Translations under genes and position numbers: made by a program | Notes under the pieces: model-generated | Database searches by the model: none | What the model saw: only the letters and a program-made list of their open reading frames with translations | Told to the model about the DNA's origin: nothing | Virus record (IMG/VR): IMGVR_UViG_3300042508_000428 | Length of the DNA stretch: 64,000 nucleotides | Strand: one strand, 5' to 3' | DNA from: a virus | Shown here: positions 20,133-30,252 of the stretch, piece by piece | Layout of the letters: each line of letters opens with the position of its first letter | How positions within the stretch are numbered: position 1 is the first letter of the stretch

Positions 20133-20448
20133 GAATAATTTTCGTGAGTTTTTTGAGACAAGAAAACTAGAATTTCACAGAAAAGTTAAGAAAGAAATGC
20201 TAGACCAACTAAACGAGTTGAGTGGAAACCTCACCCGATTTGGTTGGCAGTATGAAGACGGTTATTTTTATTGTAACGCCAAAGAGAAAGATATTCTTTT
20301 TATCTTAAAGAGCGACTTCGAACCATACTTATTTGACTCACTTGCAGTTTTACCAGCGGTGGGGCATCCTATGGAGTATGAAGTGGGTGATGTTCAGCAA
20401 GTTGTTGAATCACTACAAGACTTAATTGATCAGGAAGTAGAGGGATAG
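20131..20448 (+). CDS. Hypothetical protein
   Basis: GGGAG RBS. Confidence 0.65.
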   Translation: MNNFREFFETRKLEFHRKVKKEMLDQLNELSGNLTRFGWQYEDGYFYCNAKEKDILFILKSDFEPYLFDSLAVLPAVGHPMEYEVGDVQQVVESLQDLIDQEVEG

Positions 20449-20449
20449 T

Positions 20450-21208
20450 ATGAGCAAGCGTCAAGTTCGTTGTAGTTATTGTTGGCAGTCTGGTCACAAT
20501 CGCACTTCTTGTCCTAAGGTAAAGGCAGAGGCTGCGAATGGTGATTCTTATGCGAAGAGATTGCTTGAAAGTTCAAGTGTCAAGCAGTGTTCTTATTGCC
20601 GTGGAACCGATCACAACAAGGCAGGTTGTGATAAGTTGTTTAGTGATCAAAGAAACGAAGGTCTGGTCAAGTGGGCACATTTGAATGCCATGATCAATGT
20701 GATCAAAACCAAGAAGATTGCGAACGGAGCATTTATCTATGGTCCAATCATTCATCGTTGGAATGATGTTCCATACAACACTTACGATGGTGAACCAAGA
20801 AACTATGATTTGGGTAACTATTGTGTAAAGCATATTGCTTACAATGATAGCACTCCTTATTCTCCATGCTACGGATTTGAAACACTTGTTGAACCAAGTG
20901 GTGATGCTAGATATTTCCGTACCAGTTTGCCGTTGCCCGGTATTCACAACGAGGTCCAAAACCTTTCTTCCACAATGAAGGAGGCAGTTGATACTTGGAA
21001 TGCTCACCAAGATCGTGTTTCCGGTCTTGCTGATTCAAGAATTAACCGCGTTTACGAAGAAAACTATAATGTGCTTGTCGAAGCATCCGACGAGGAAGTC
21101 AATAAGGCGGTTGAGTCTCTGCTCATGGAAAAGCCGGTAATCGTTGATTTCACTGAACGAAAGCCGTATCAGTCGGAAATGAGAAAGAGAAAGAAAGAAG
21201 CACAATAA
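20450..21208 (+). CDS. Protein with two CCHC zinc knuckles
   Basis: CSYCWQSGHNRTSC and CSYCRGTDHNKAGC = CX2CX4HX4C. Confidence 0.85.
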   Translation: MSKRQVRCSYCWQSGHNRTSCPKVKAEAANGDSYAKRLLESSSVKQCSYCRGTDHNKAGCDKLFSDQRNEGLVKWAHLNAMINVIKTKKIANGAFIYGPIIHRWNDVPYNTYDGEPRNYDLGNYCVKHIAYNDSTPYSPCYGFETLVEPSGDARYFRTSLPLPGIHNEVQNLSSTMKEAVDTWNAHQDRVSGLADSRINRVYEENYNVLVEASDEEVNKAVESLLMEKPVIVDFTERKPYQSEMRKRKKEAQ

Positions 21209-21221
21209 ACACGGAGGACGA

Positions 21222-21935
21222 ATGAGATCAGTTACAGGGCAAAATAAATATGGTGGTTGTGGTTGGTGCTATAGCAGATCACATAAGGCTCAAGATTGTC
21301 CAAATCTTAAACATTCGGTCGGTCAAAATAGTGTCGCTGCCATCAAATACGACAAAAGATTGAGTGGTTCTACTGGTCGCCTATGTGGGTACTGTGGTGA
21401 TGAGAATCATACTTCCGGTATTTGTCCAAAAAGATTTGAGGATTCTCGTAGAACCGTTGTCTCTGAGAGACAAATTGCAGAGAAAGCATTTGAATGGTTG
21501 AAGGAAATTGGGTTTGGACCAGGAGCAATGCTTTCTGGTATGGGCAGAACTTCATCTTGGAGTTCAAGAGAGAAGGGAGATAGAATTGTTGTAATTGAAG
21601 AATTTAATAAGATTACTGGAGAAAGGTTTGTGTCTGAGTTGCTCTACGGCAAAGAAAGAAACTGGTTTCCAGTTTGTGCTGTAGACACAACCAATGAAAC
21701 AATCCGAAACATTTATCTTCCGTTCCATCCAGTCTTTTCTCCGAAACCAACTTCCATGAAGGTTCAGATTATTCATCGTTCAAACGATGAAGACATTGAA
21801 AAGATTAAGAACTTTCTTCCTTCATTATCAAGTCCGCTAAATGATTATACAGACTCAGATGATTTCTTTTCATCGGGATACAGATTTGAGACTGGCAAGA
21901 GCAAAAATCCCAAGATCATTAAGATCCACAATTGA
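21222..21935 (+). CDS. Protein with two CCHC zinc knuckles
   Basis: CGWCYSRSHKAQDC and CGYCGDENHTSGIC. Confidence 0.85.
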   Translation: MRSVTGQNKYGGCGWCYSRSHKAQDCPNLKHSVGQNSVAAIKYDKRLSGSTGRLCGYCGDENHTSGICPKRFEDSRRTVVSERQIAEKAFEWLKEIGFGPGAMLSGMGRTSSWSSREKGDRIVVIEEFNKITGERFVSELLYGKERNWFPVCAVDTTNETIRNIYLPFHPVFSPKPTSMKVQIIHRSNDEDIEKIKNFLPSLSSPLNDYTDSDDFFSSGYRFETGKSKNPKIIKIHN

Positions 21936-22055
21936 CAGCAAACTCTGGGCAGGCTATGCTTAGAGAGTAGAAAGGACAGAGAGCAGTTCGATATGGTTTC
22001 GTTCTGCCTCTGGTTCTTAACCGTGCTTGACAGGATCGTTAAGGTGCGGTATGAT
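21932..22055 (+). promoter_or_regulatory. Two tandem sigma70-type promoters upstream of the MoxR gene
   Basis: TTGACA-N17-TATGCT (21932) and TTGACA-N17-TATGAT (22027), both with TG/GG upstream of the -10. Confidence 0.8.
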
Positions 22056-22119
22056 GTGGGTGTCTTGAACGGTTCAAGGCACTTTTTACTTGGTTCCTAT
22101 TTACTTTGAGGTTTCTACA

Positions 22120-23187
22120 ATGGCTACTATTTCGTTCGGTACTTTCAATGCAATCGTTGACAGCGTGATTGACGCTGGTTTCCCCGTCCTTATCCGTGGT
22201 CGTCACGGTATTGGTAAGTCGCAACTTGTCTATCAGTTCGCTGGTCGTCGCACTCTGGACGTTATCGAGCGTCGTGCTTCGCAGATGACCGAAGGCGATC
22301 TGATCGGTCTGCCTACTCTTGAGCAACGCGTTAATGCGACTGTGACCAAGTGGGCTGCGTCGGATTGGTTTCAAGATGCCTGTGAGCGTCCTGTGGTTCT
22401 GTTCTTCGACGAGGTTGACCGTGGTGCGACCGAGGTTCGTCAGGGTCTGTTCGAGTTGATGGACTCCCGCAAGTTGGCGGGTAAGCACATTCACCCCGGT
22501 ACTTTGATGTTCGCCGCAGTCAACGGTGGTATCCACGGTTCCAACTATCAGGTTTCGGACATGGATCCCGCTGAGTTGGATCGTTACACCACTTTCGATG
22601 TCGAGCCGACCGTTGAGGATTGGCTGACGTGGGCTAAGGATAACGTCGCTGGCGAAGTGTGGGACTTTATCAACAACAACCGTGGTCACTTGGAGCACAC
22701 CGATACCTTTGAGCCGAACAAGAAGTATCCTTCTCGTCGTTCTTGGGCGCGTGCTTCGACTGCAATCAGCAAGAGCAAGTTGATTGAGAAGGGTGCAACT
22801 CCTGAACTTCAGGCAATCGTTCAGGGTTTCGTTGGTTTCGAGGCTTCGACTGCCTTCACCGACTTCGTTCGTAACTATGACCGTCAGGTTAAGGTTGAGG
22901 ACGTTCTGAACGGCAAGGCTCTCAAGATGACCAAGAAGTTCTCGCTGAACGAACACCTCGCTCTGATCGAGAAGTTGGGTGCAAGCAAGGTATTTGATTC
23001 GCAACTCGATGCCGATCAGGCAAAGCATGTCGCGGAGTACTATGTCAATCTGCCTTCCGAGGCGGCAACCAAGATCGCAGGTGTGTTCGGTAAGTTGAAC
23101 AACCCGCTGATCATGAAGCAGACCACCAGCAAGGGTCTTGCTTCGCTGTATGCGGTTCAGATCCTGACTGGTAAGAAGGTCGGTTAG
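22120..23187 (+). CDS. MoxR/dynein-related AAA+ ATPase
   Basis: Walker A GRHGIGKS, Walker B LFFDEVDR, MDPAELDRY, SRRSW; GC-richer codon use. Confidence 0.92.
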   Translation: MATISFGTFNAIVDSVIDAGFPVLIRGRHGIGKSQLVYQFAGRRTLDVIERRASQMTEGDLIGLPTLEQRVNATVTKWAASDWFQDACERPVVLFFDEVDRGATEVRQGLFELMDSRKLAGKHIHPGTLMFAAVNGGIHGSNYQVSDMDPAELDRYTTFDVEPTVEDWLTWAKDNVAGEVWDFINNNRGHLEHTDTFEPNKKYPSRRSWARASTAISKSKLIEKGATPELQAIVQGFVGFEASTAFTDFVRNYDRQVKVEDVLNGKALKMTKKFSLNEHLALIEKLGASKVFDSQLDADQAKHVAEYYVNLPSEAATKIAGVFGKLNNPLIMKQTTSKGLASLYAVQILTGKKVG

Positions 23188-23203
23188 AATCAATTAACAA
23201 CTT

Positions 23204-23243
23204 AGTATGCCACCTTGACAGGAAACTGTCAGGGTGGTATGCT
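23204..23243 (+). promoter_or_regulatory. sigma70-type promoter fully contained in an 18-bp GAAA-capped hairpin
   Basis: TTGACA(23215)-N17-TATGCT; AGTATGCCACCTTGACAG-GAAA-CTGTCAGGGTGGTATGCT. Confidence 0.8.
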
Positions 23244-23280
23244 TCTATCATGTTCAACCCTCCACCTCACAGGTGATGTT

Positions 23281-24510
23281 ATGTCTTACGATCTCAATAT
23301 TGATATTGCTCGTCTGCTCAAGGATGAGCCTTTCTTTGCTGCTCTTTCTCGTCGCATCGAGAAGATTTCCACCAATTCTATTCCTACTGCTGCTGTTGGT
23401 CTTAACCGTGAAGCTATGCAGTATGAGTTCCTTTACAATCCAGAGTTCTTTGAGAAGCTTACCGAAGGTCAGCGTCGTGGTGTAATCGTCCACGAGTTCT
23501 ATCACTTGGTTTTCCGCCATGTTGCTAATCGTCGTCCTGCTCAGGTTATTCGTGAACCAGAGCGATTCTTCAAGTTCTGGAACATCGCTACTGACTTGTC
23601 GATCAACTGCTTGATTGGAGCAGAGAACCTGCCCGAGAATTGCTGTATTCCCGGCGGTAAGTCCTTTGAGAATTTCCCCTCGATGGAGTCTGCTGAGTTC
23701 TATTTCCGCAAGATTCTTGAGAAGGTGGAAATGGATCCGAATGGTGGCGGTGGCGATGGTGTTGACGGTTCTGGTCAGTTTGACGATCACGGCAATTGGG
23801 CAGAAGGTTCCGGTGACGGAATGGAAGCCGAGACCGCCAACGAGCGAGTCAAGGAATACCTGAAGGAAGCAGCCGAAAAGGCTGATGCTAAGGGTTGGGG
23901 TTCCATGACCAGCAAGACCCGCGAGGAAATCAAGAAGTTCCTTGAGTCGTATGTTGACTGGCGTAAGGTTCTGCGTATGTTTATTGGTCGCGCCCAGCGT
24001 GCGGACAAGTCCAATACTCGTCGCAAGATTGATAAGCGTACTCACAGTTATGCTCAGGGTATTGATGTTGTCTCAATCAATCCAGGTCGTAAGATCAACA
24101 AGATTGCCAATATCGCTGTGTCGATTGATCAGTCTGGTTCTGTTGACGATGATTTGCTTGGTGCGTTCTATGCCGAGTTGAATAGTCTTTCCAAGTTGGC
24201 AACTTTCACTGTGATTCCGTTTGACGATCAGGTTTTCGAGCAGAAGGTCTATGTCTGGAAGAAGGGCGATAAGCGTCAGCGTGAGCGAGTTCTTCACGGT
24301 GGTACGAACTTCAGTGCTCCGACCAAGTATGTGAATGAGCGTAACTTTGACGGACACATCATTCTAACCGATATGTGTGCAGAGAAGCCTGTTGCCTCCA
24401 AGAAGCAGAGAATGTGGATGACCTCCGCTCGTCACGCAAAGCGTCCTTACTTCGATCCTCGTCCGAATGAGATGATGATTGTTATTGAAGAGCGACAGAA
24501 GCAAAAGTAG
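23281..24510 (+). CDS. Metallopeptidase-like plus VWA domain protein (DUF2201-type MoxR partner)
   Basis: VHEFYH, WNIATDLSIN, MIDAS-like DQSGS, HGGTNF, LTD. Confidence 0.88.
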   Translation: MSYDLNIDIARLLKDEPFFAALSRRIEKISTNSIPTAAVGLNREAMQYEFLYNPEFFEKLTEGQRRGVIVHEFYHLVFRHVANRRPAQVIREPERFFKFWNIATDLSINCLIGAENLPENCCIPGGKSFENFPSMESAEFYFRKILEKVEMDPNGGGGDGVDGSGQFDDHGNWAEGSGDGMEAETANERVKEYLKEAAEKADAKGWGSMTSKTREEIKKFLESYVDWRKVLRMFIGRAQRADKSNTRRKIDKRTHSYAQGIDVVSINPGRKINKIANIAVSIDQSGSVDDDLLGAFYAELNSLSKLATFTVIPFDDQVFEQKVYVWKKGDKRQRERVLHGGTNFSAPTKYVNERNFDGHIILTDMCAEKPVASKKQRMWMTSARHAKRPYFDPRPNEMMIVIEERQKQK

Positions 24511-24522
24511 TTTCCCTCCCGC

Positions 24523-24551
24523 TTGACACTCAACCTCACGTTGGCTATGCT
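24523..24551 (+). promoter_or_regulatory. sigma70-type promoter
   Basis: TTGACA-N17-TATGCT. Confidence 0.75.
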
Positions 24552-24589
24552 ATGTGTGTTGGCTGGGTGTCAGCCTTTCTGGTGTTCCA

Positions 24590-25222
24590 ATGCTGTATGA
24601 ACTGAATACGATTGATAAGCTTGAGAAAATTTTGGTTTCCCCTCGTCTGCGTGAATCGAGCAAGTCCTTTGTGGAATCTCTGCTCGCACAAGCAAAGAAT
24701 CGTGATCTGTCCGAAAAGCAGATTACGTATGTTGATAAGTTTTGGGAGGAGTGTTATCCTCCGCAGGAAGTGGTGGATGCGGAGGAGTCTTGGAAAAACT
24801 CATTTACTCCCGAAATGAAAGAGAACTTGAAGATTACTGGTATGTATTACGAGTATCACTATCCAAATTCTCGTATCGCAAAGTTTTACAAAGATCCTAA
24901 CTGGATTCCCAGCAAGGATATTTATGAGAAGTCTTGCGAATCTCAATGGGCAAAAACTACTATCAAGAATTACAAGACACCATTTCGTTTTTCAGTTGGA
25001 GATCTCGTTGTTCTGCGAGATACACAGAAGAATCGTTCTGGTTTTGCTAAGGAATACAGGGAAAATCCCATTCTGATTCTTGAGCAGATGAAGCCAGTTT
25101 CAACCAACTTTGTAAATTACTACAAGGTTATTTGTACCGCTCTGATGGAAGATCAAAGGATTGTTGAAGTCAAAGAAGCGGATCTTAATGTTATTAAGAA
25201 CAAGAAGGGTCAAAATGGCTAA
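24590..25222 (+). CDS. Hypothetical protein
   Basis: ORF, start adjusted to internal Met. Confidence 0.7.
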   Translation: MLYELNTIDKLEKILVSPRLRESSKSFVESLLAQAKNRDLSEKQITYVDKFWEECYPPQEVVDAEESWKNSFTPEMKENLKITGMYYEYHYPNSRIAKFYKDPNWIPSKDIYEKSCESQWAKTTIKNYKTPFRFSVGDLVVLRDTQKNRSGFAKEYRENPILILEQMKPVSTNFVNYYKVICTALMEDQRIVEVKEADLNVIKNKKGQNG

Positions 25223-25665
25223 GAAGCGATATGTAAAAGCAGAACAAGGCAGATATAATGTTTCCCTTTCAAGGGCAGAGGCAAGTTATGAAGCAAGCAG
25301 AACCGGAGAGTCATGTATGTATTGCGGAGAATACTATCCCAATGTCCGAAAGTCTCTTTCCGGAAGGTCTTTCACTTGCGACCCTTGTCTCACACGGGCA
25401 TTCTGTCGTTAATAAGGTGAAGACTAGACTTATCAAACCAAAGTTTAATGTTGGTGATATTGTTTATCTTTCCGCTTTTGTGACTGATATTAACTGGAAG
25501 ATGGCAACTTATATTGGGAGACCCTTTGTAATTGTTCAGCTTCCAGTTGACACACAAAAGTTCAAGACCTATACTCTAAGACTGCTGGATGACCCCTCCA
25601 ATGAGGAATGTTGGTATGATCTAGCATTTCACGAAGACTTTCTTGTTAGAAGAGCAGAGGATTAA
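25215..25665 (+). other. Two small ORFs (25215-25412 zinc-finger-like; about 25417-25665)
   Basis: CMYC/CDPC pairs; GTG start after AAGG. Confidence 0.55.
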
Positions 25666-25666
25666 A

Positions 25667-26422
25667 ATGCCTAATTGGTGTAATAACAAAGCAACATTCA
25701 TTCCTGTAACTGATGAAGCAAAGGAACTGCTAAAGCAGTTTAAGGAGTATCTGGATTCAGCACCAGAAGAACCAAAGTTCTTTGGTTGGTTTTATCCTAT
25801 GCCAGAAGATCAAGCAGAAAACTGGTATAGATGGAACATTGATAATTGGGGAACCAAGTGGGATGTAAGTCTTAGCAAAGACAATGTCCATCCAGAAGAA
25901 GGTGTTATTGACTTCTACGAGGAGACTGCTTGGTCACCTCCGGTTGGGTTCTATAACTTTATGACCGAAAAAGGATTCTCCGTAGAGGCTTCTTATTATG
26001 AACCAGGAGCAGGTTTCGTTGGAACTTATTCCGATGGAGTTGATGATTGTGAAGATATTCCAAATGGCGATAAGGCATTCAATCTTCTAAGAAATCTAAC
26101 TTATGATTCGGTCGATGTGTATTTGGAAAATGATCTTGATTTTTCTAGTCTGAAGAATGGTGATGTTATTGGAACAAACCGAGAAGGTAATAGCATTATT
26201 TATCTCAGTCATGAGTTTGTTCCTTGGAGTGAACTTAGAAAGAACAATCTAGGGATCTTTAACTCCGATGCCCGAGATTGGGATAGTGAACTTGATGAAG
26301 TTTGTAATACCGATGAGGATTTCTATTTGCTAGAGATTATCGAGGATAATAGCAAGTGCGGATCTACGAGCGCAATTGTATATTCAAACCGTTTGAATAC
26401 GATTAGTTATTATCCGGATTGA
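25667..26422 (+). CDS. DUF1281/ferredoxin-like-domain phage protein
   Basis: MPNWCNN, WYRWNIDNWGTKWD, TAWSPP, YYEPG. Confidence 0.8.
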   Translation: MPNWCNNKATFIPVTDEAKELLKQFKEYLDSAPEEPKFFGWFYPMPEDQAENWYRWNIDNWGTKWDVSLSKDNVHPEEGVIDFYEETAWSPPVGFYNFMTEKGFSVEASYYEPGAGFVGTYSDGVDDCEDIPNGDKAFNLLRNLTYDSVDVYLENDLDFSSLKNGDVIGTNREGNSIIYLSHEFVPWSELRKNNLGIFNSDARDWDSELDEVCNTDEDFYLLEIIEDNSKCGSTSAIVYSNRLNTISYYPD

Positions 26423-26447
26423 CAGGAAATCTCAGGGGTGGTAGACT
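26419..26447 (+). promoter_or_regulatory. sigma70-type promoter
   Basis: TTGACA-N17-TAGACT. Confidence 0.75.
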
Positions 26448-26476
26448 TGTTCTATCAATGACCCAACGAGGACACA

Positions 26477-27175
26477 ATGAAGAAGCAAGCAGAACCACAA
26501 TTTCAAATGGGCGATGTTGTTAGAGTTGTCATGCCAACAATGGCAGTTAATCTAAAAGAGCCAGCGGAAGGCGAAAAGAAGCTTCAAATTGATGAGGTTC
26601 TGCTTGTTGGCGACGAAGGTATGGTTGTTGTTAATGTTGAATATGTTAAGAGATCAAATGAGTATTTGTACCAGGTGTTGACAGAGAACTCGCTAGAGAC
26701 TAAGATGTTCAGCATCCCAGAGGATCAACTCACTCTATTTTAGGAGACACAATGAAGCGGTTTGTCGTAAATGTTATTGAACAGAAGATCACTCCATTTG
26801 TCGTTGAGGCAAATGATGAGTGGGAAGCAATGGTTAAGGCAAAAGACGGGGAAGGTTATGTTAGTGAAACCGGTTCCATTGATTTGCCAATTGATCCCAT
26901 GTCGTGGGAAGTAACTGAATTTGATCACACTGAACTCTTTGCTGATTGGTTTTAATATGAATACTGCTATTTGTCGTTTTTGTGGTGATGATTATTCGAT
27001 CAAGCGATTTGAGCTTGGTTATATCTCTTGTCTTGATTGCGGTGGCAGACAGGCAGAAGCAGAGAAAGCATTCAAGGCAAGATGTACCGCTCCCGCATAT
27101 AACAAGGGAGCATACACTTATGTCGCCAGCACTGAACAAGTAAAAGGTATTTTTAAGTGCGGTGATTATAAATAG
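26477..27175 (+). other. Three small ORFs (26477-26743, 26752-26955, 26957-27175 zinc-finger)
   Basis: GAGGA/GGAG RBSs; CRFC..CLDC in the last. Confidence 0.65.
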
Positions 27176-27177
27176 GC

Positions 27178-27215
27178 TTGACACGCAAGCTCACTTCGCC
27201 TACAATGGTGGAGTG
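27178..27215 (+). promoter_or_regulatory. sigma70-type promoter of tRNA-Ser, with the -10 as loop of a 9-bp inverted repeat
   Basis: TTGACA-N17-TACAAT; CACTTCGCC-TACAAT-GGTGGAGTG. Confidence 0.8.
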
Positions 27216-27219
27216 TCGA

Positions 27220-27310
27220 GGGGAGATGGTCGAGTGGTTTATGGCAATCGCTTGGAAAGCGATCGAACGTGAATAGCGTTCCGGGGGTTCGAATCCCCCT
27301 CTTCCCGCCA
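27220..27310 (+). tRNA. tRNA-Ser(GGA)
   Basis: Cloverleaf, long variable arm, ATCGC-TTGGAAA-GCGAT, GCCA end. Confidence 0.95.
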
Positions 27311-27334
27311 ACTACTTTGTTATTGAGGATTATT

Positions 27335-28476
27335 ATGGAACCGAGAGACATTGTATACAAAATTCTTGTTGAAGAGGAAACTGGTAATAAGACTTATTTC
27401 CTCAACGACGAACCATGGACTTTCGTTGATCCCGCCCATGTTAAGATCGGAGATATTATTTATTTCGATCCAAATGGTTTGAATCGTTGGGGGATTGTCT
27501 CAAGCATTCGTGAAGCAGACTTTATTTATTATGATGTAGTTTTTCCAAATACCTTCCGCAAGGAAGAGATTGCTATGTTCCAAGTCTACAAAGTGGGGGA
27601 TTCAGATGATGGTTCTAATTCTTAAGAAACTTAATCCAAGGCAGATCGTTGTTCGGCAAGATGATAAGTTCTATCTTGTTTCTGAATCCAGCGAGCATAT
27701 TCAACCAGTCGAGACTATGATCTTTGAATGCGATGAAGCAGGAAGAGTTGAAAATTGGAATGAAGTTGGTGGAGCAGTTGGTTATTCTTTGGAATCACTT
27801 ATGCCAATGATAATGGAACACGGCGTCCACTACAAAGATTGGGACGATTTCCCGTGGTAAAAATGCGAATCGTTATTTTGTGGAGCGACGATAAAGAAGA
27901 TGCCGATGTTGTCGTAAGCCTTTCAAATACGAAAGTAAGTGGAAGTGCTTTGCTTCCAAAGAAATTGGTTGGTAGTTGGATTGTTCACCTAATCAAAAAG
28001 TATCGGAGGATCAAATGAAGAAGATGAAAAACATGGTTTTTCGAATGAATCTGATTCGTAAGATCAAGAGACTTACCATTTACAATCCACTTTTTATGTT
28101 CCTCAAAAACATTTGGCTCTTCCGTAAAGAGTTGTGGAACTTCCGAACTTTTGATTACAAGTATAACATGGATCTTTTCTGCCGTTCTCTGGAGCATACC
28201 AGAGACTTTATGGCAAGTTCCGATGCTGTTTGTGAATCTTCAAACCAAACGGCAGAAGAGATTGATGATTTCCTGAATGCGATTGATAATTTCAACAACC
28301 ATGTTGGAGTTGGAATTGATGAACTTGGTTATGATTTCTCTCCGCTGTGGTCTGAATCCGAAGAGGGCAGAATAAAAGATAAAATCCTGCTTGACAGAGT
28401 TCAGCAGATCGAGGAAGATAGTTGGGAGAGAGCGATGGATCTGTTGAAGAATCGCATGAGACACTGGTGGGATTAA
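27335..28476 (+). other. Hypothetical ORFs 27335-27625, 27606-27860, 28015-28476
   Basis: ORF track with adjusted starts. Confidence 0.6.
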
Positions 28477-28514
28477 CTTAAAATATGATCCTACTTATGG
28501 TAGGATCGTTGTAT

Positions 28515-28586
28515 GCGGGTATAACTCAGGGGTAGAGTGTCAGCCTTCCAAGCTGTTCGTCATGGGTTCGAATCCCATTACCCGCT
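28515..28586 (+). tRNA. tRNA-Gly(TCC), CCA not encoded
   Basis: GCGGGTA/TACCCGC acceptor, CAGC-CTTCCAA-GCTG. Confidence 0.93.
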
Positions 28587-28596
28587 CTGAGACAAT

Positions 28597-28673
28597 CGGT
28601 GTTTAGCGCAGTCTGGTAGCGCATCTGCTTTGGGAGCAGAGGGTCGTGGGTTCAAATCCCCCAACACCGACCA
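28597..28673 (+). tRNA. tRNA-Pro(TGG)
   Basis: TCTGC-TTTGGGA-GCAGA, ACCA end. Confidence 0.95.
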
Positions 28674-28681
28674 ATCATTAC

Positions 28682-28755
28682 GGGCGGTTAGTTAAACGGG
28701 ATAACATCGGCTTTGCAAGCCGAGATCGAGGGTTCGATTCCCTCACTGTCCACCA
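28682..28755 (+). tRNA. tRNA-Ala(TGC)
   Basis: TCGGC-TTTGCAA-GCCGA, G3:U70 pair, ACCA end. Confidence 0.9.
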
Positions 28756-28779
28756 ACAATAAACAACCAAGAGTTCGTT

Positions 28780-30130
28780 ATGATTTTAGATATTAGTGAA
28801 ATCTATGTCATTCTACAGGGATTTGATCCAATCATAGATCCCGTGAGCAATACACAAGACCTCTATTTTGATTATGATGAAGCAATCTTTGAATGCGAAA
28901 GAAAAAACTTTCTTGAGAAAGAAAAATCAGGCGATAGTATTTCCAAAAGTTATTTGTATTATGTTCGCTCTTTAAAAGAAGCAATCGAATCTACGATTGA
29001 GAAAGCAAAAGAGGATGAACAAGAAGATTGTTACAATAGAGGTTGGAAAGACGGAAGAGATAGCGGATACGAAGAAGGATATGATGCCGGATACGATGAA
29101 GGAATCGAACAAGGACGAAGTGAAGGAGAAAGATGAGCATTTTAATTGAAAACATCAAGTTTATTTCGCCATACACTCGGGATGTATTAAAGTCTCATTA
29201 TCCAGAGTTCTGTAAGGCAGATCTATTTGAAGAGTTGGAAAAGATTTGTAGAGAAGCGGTTATGTCGAGATACAATCGTGTTAATTTTGCTCAACAAGAG
29301 GCAAAGGAAAGAATGCCTTCTGCTGAAAATGTAATCTTCCGCATTGAGCATTATTACGAATACTCCTTGATCAAGGGTTCCAAGATGCGATTTACCAAGA
29401 AGGAACTTGATCAGGCGATGGAAACCCTGAATCCAGAAGAACAAGAAAAGGTTCTTAAGTGGATGAATGATAATGGCGGGTTTGACAAGTATATTCATGT
29501 AGGGTACAATGCCTAAGCTGATGGACACAGAGCAGTTGGAGAAGATTAGAAAAGAGTTTGAAGATGCCCGTATTGCTTACGACAATGCCTCAGAAACTCT
29601 TTGGAACTCTTTACCCTACGACGATCAGTTGAAAGTGTTTCACGCGGTTGTAAAGCGAATTTGTAAGGCTGAAATCGAAGAACGAGGCTCATACCGATAT
29701 GCTTTATACGATGTGTTCGGTTTCGAATCAGATGCTTATGTAATTGGAATGGACTGCGGTTATTTGGATCTTCATAATGCTCTTTATGACGCAGGGGTTT
29801 ACGCCAAACTGAAAAAGGAAGGAAAGCTTCCAGAGGATAAGAAAGATGTTGGACTTTAAGGTAAGAGAACTGGTTTCAAGACTCGAAGCAGAAACTGATG
29901 GTATTCTTGTAACTTGTGTTGAAAATCGTAAGTGGGATCGTAAAGCAAAAAAGTATAATCAGGAAACTGATTGGCGAGTAACCGCTGAGTTTATTGATGA
30001 TTCGAATTATTCCAGCATTGATCTTTGTGTTGCCTCAGAAGAAGAAGCAAGAGCGGTTGCTTCAAATGCTGTTGCTTTCCTAAAAACAATGCGACCAGTT
30101 CTATTAATTGAGAAAGAAGATAAAGAATAG
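28780..30130 (+). other. Four coupled hypothetical ORFs (28780-29136 with GxxxG repeats; 29133-29516; 29509-29859; 29846-30130)
   Basis: Overlapping start/stop codons. Confidence 0.65.
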
Positions 30131-30133
30131 TGT

Positions 30134-30168
30134 TTGACAAGCGAACGGAGACACGCTATACTGTCTCC
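30134..30168 (+). promoter_or_regulatory. sigma70-type promoter of the tRNA-Ile/ncRNA/tRNA-Ser unit
   Basis: TTGACA-N17-TATACT; GGAGACA/TGTCTCC inverted repeat around the -10. Confidence 0.8.
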
Positions 30169-30174
30169 AACAAC

Positions 30175-30252
30175 GCGCCTGTGGCACGACTGGTTAATGG
30201 CATTCGTCTTATAAGCGATGGTATGTTGGTTCAAATCCAACCGGGCGCACCA
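30175..30252 (+). tRNA. tRNA-Ile(TAT), atypical D and anticodon stems
   Basis: GCGCCTG/CGGGCGC acceptor, TCGT-CTTATAA-GCGA, canonical T arm, ACCA. Confidence 0.78.

Noticed and set aside
22039-24357. Long antisense ORFs (384, 263 and 94 aa) opposite MoxR/VWA
   Set aside because: Shadow frames from biased codon usage; the + strand has clear motifs, promoters and RBSs.
28780-29136. FliH-like GxxxG repeats suggesting a flagellar or T3SS protein
   Set aside because: The short GYxxG repeat is common low-complexity sequence in phage proteins; no other FliH features.
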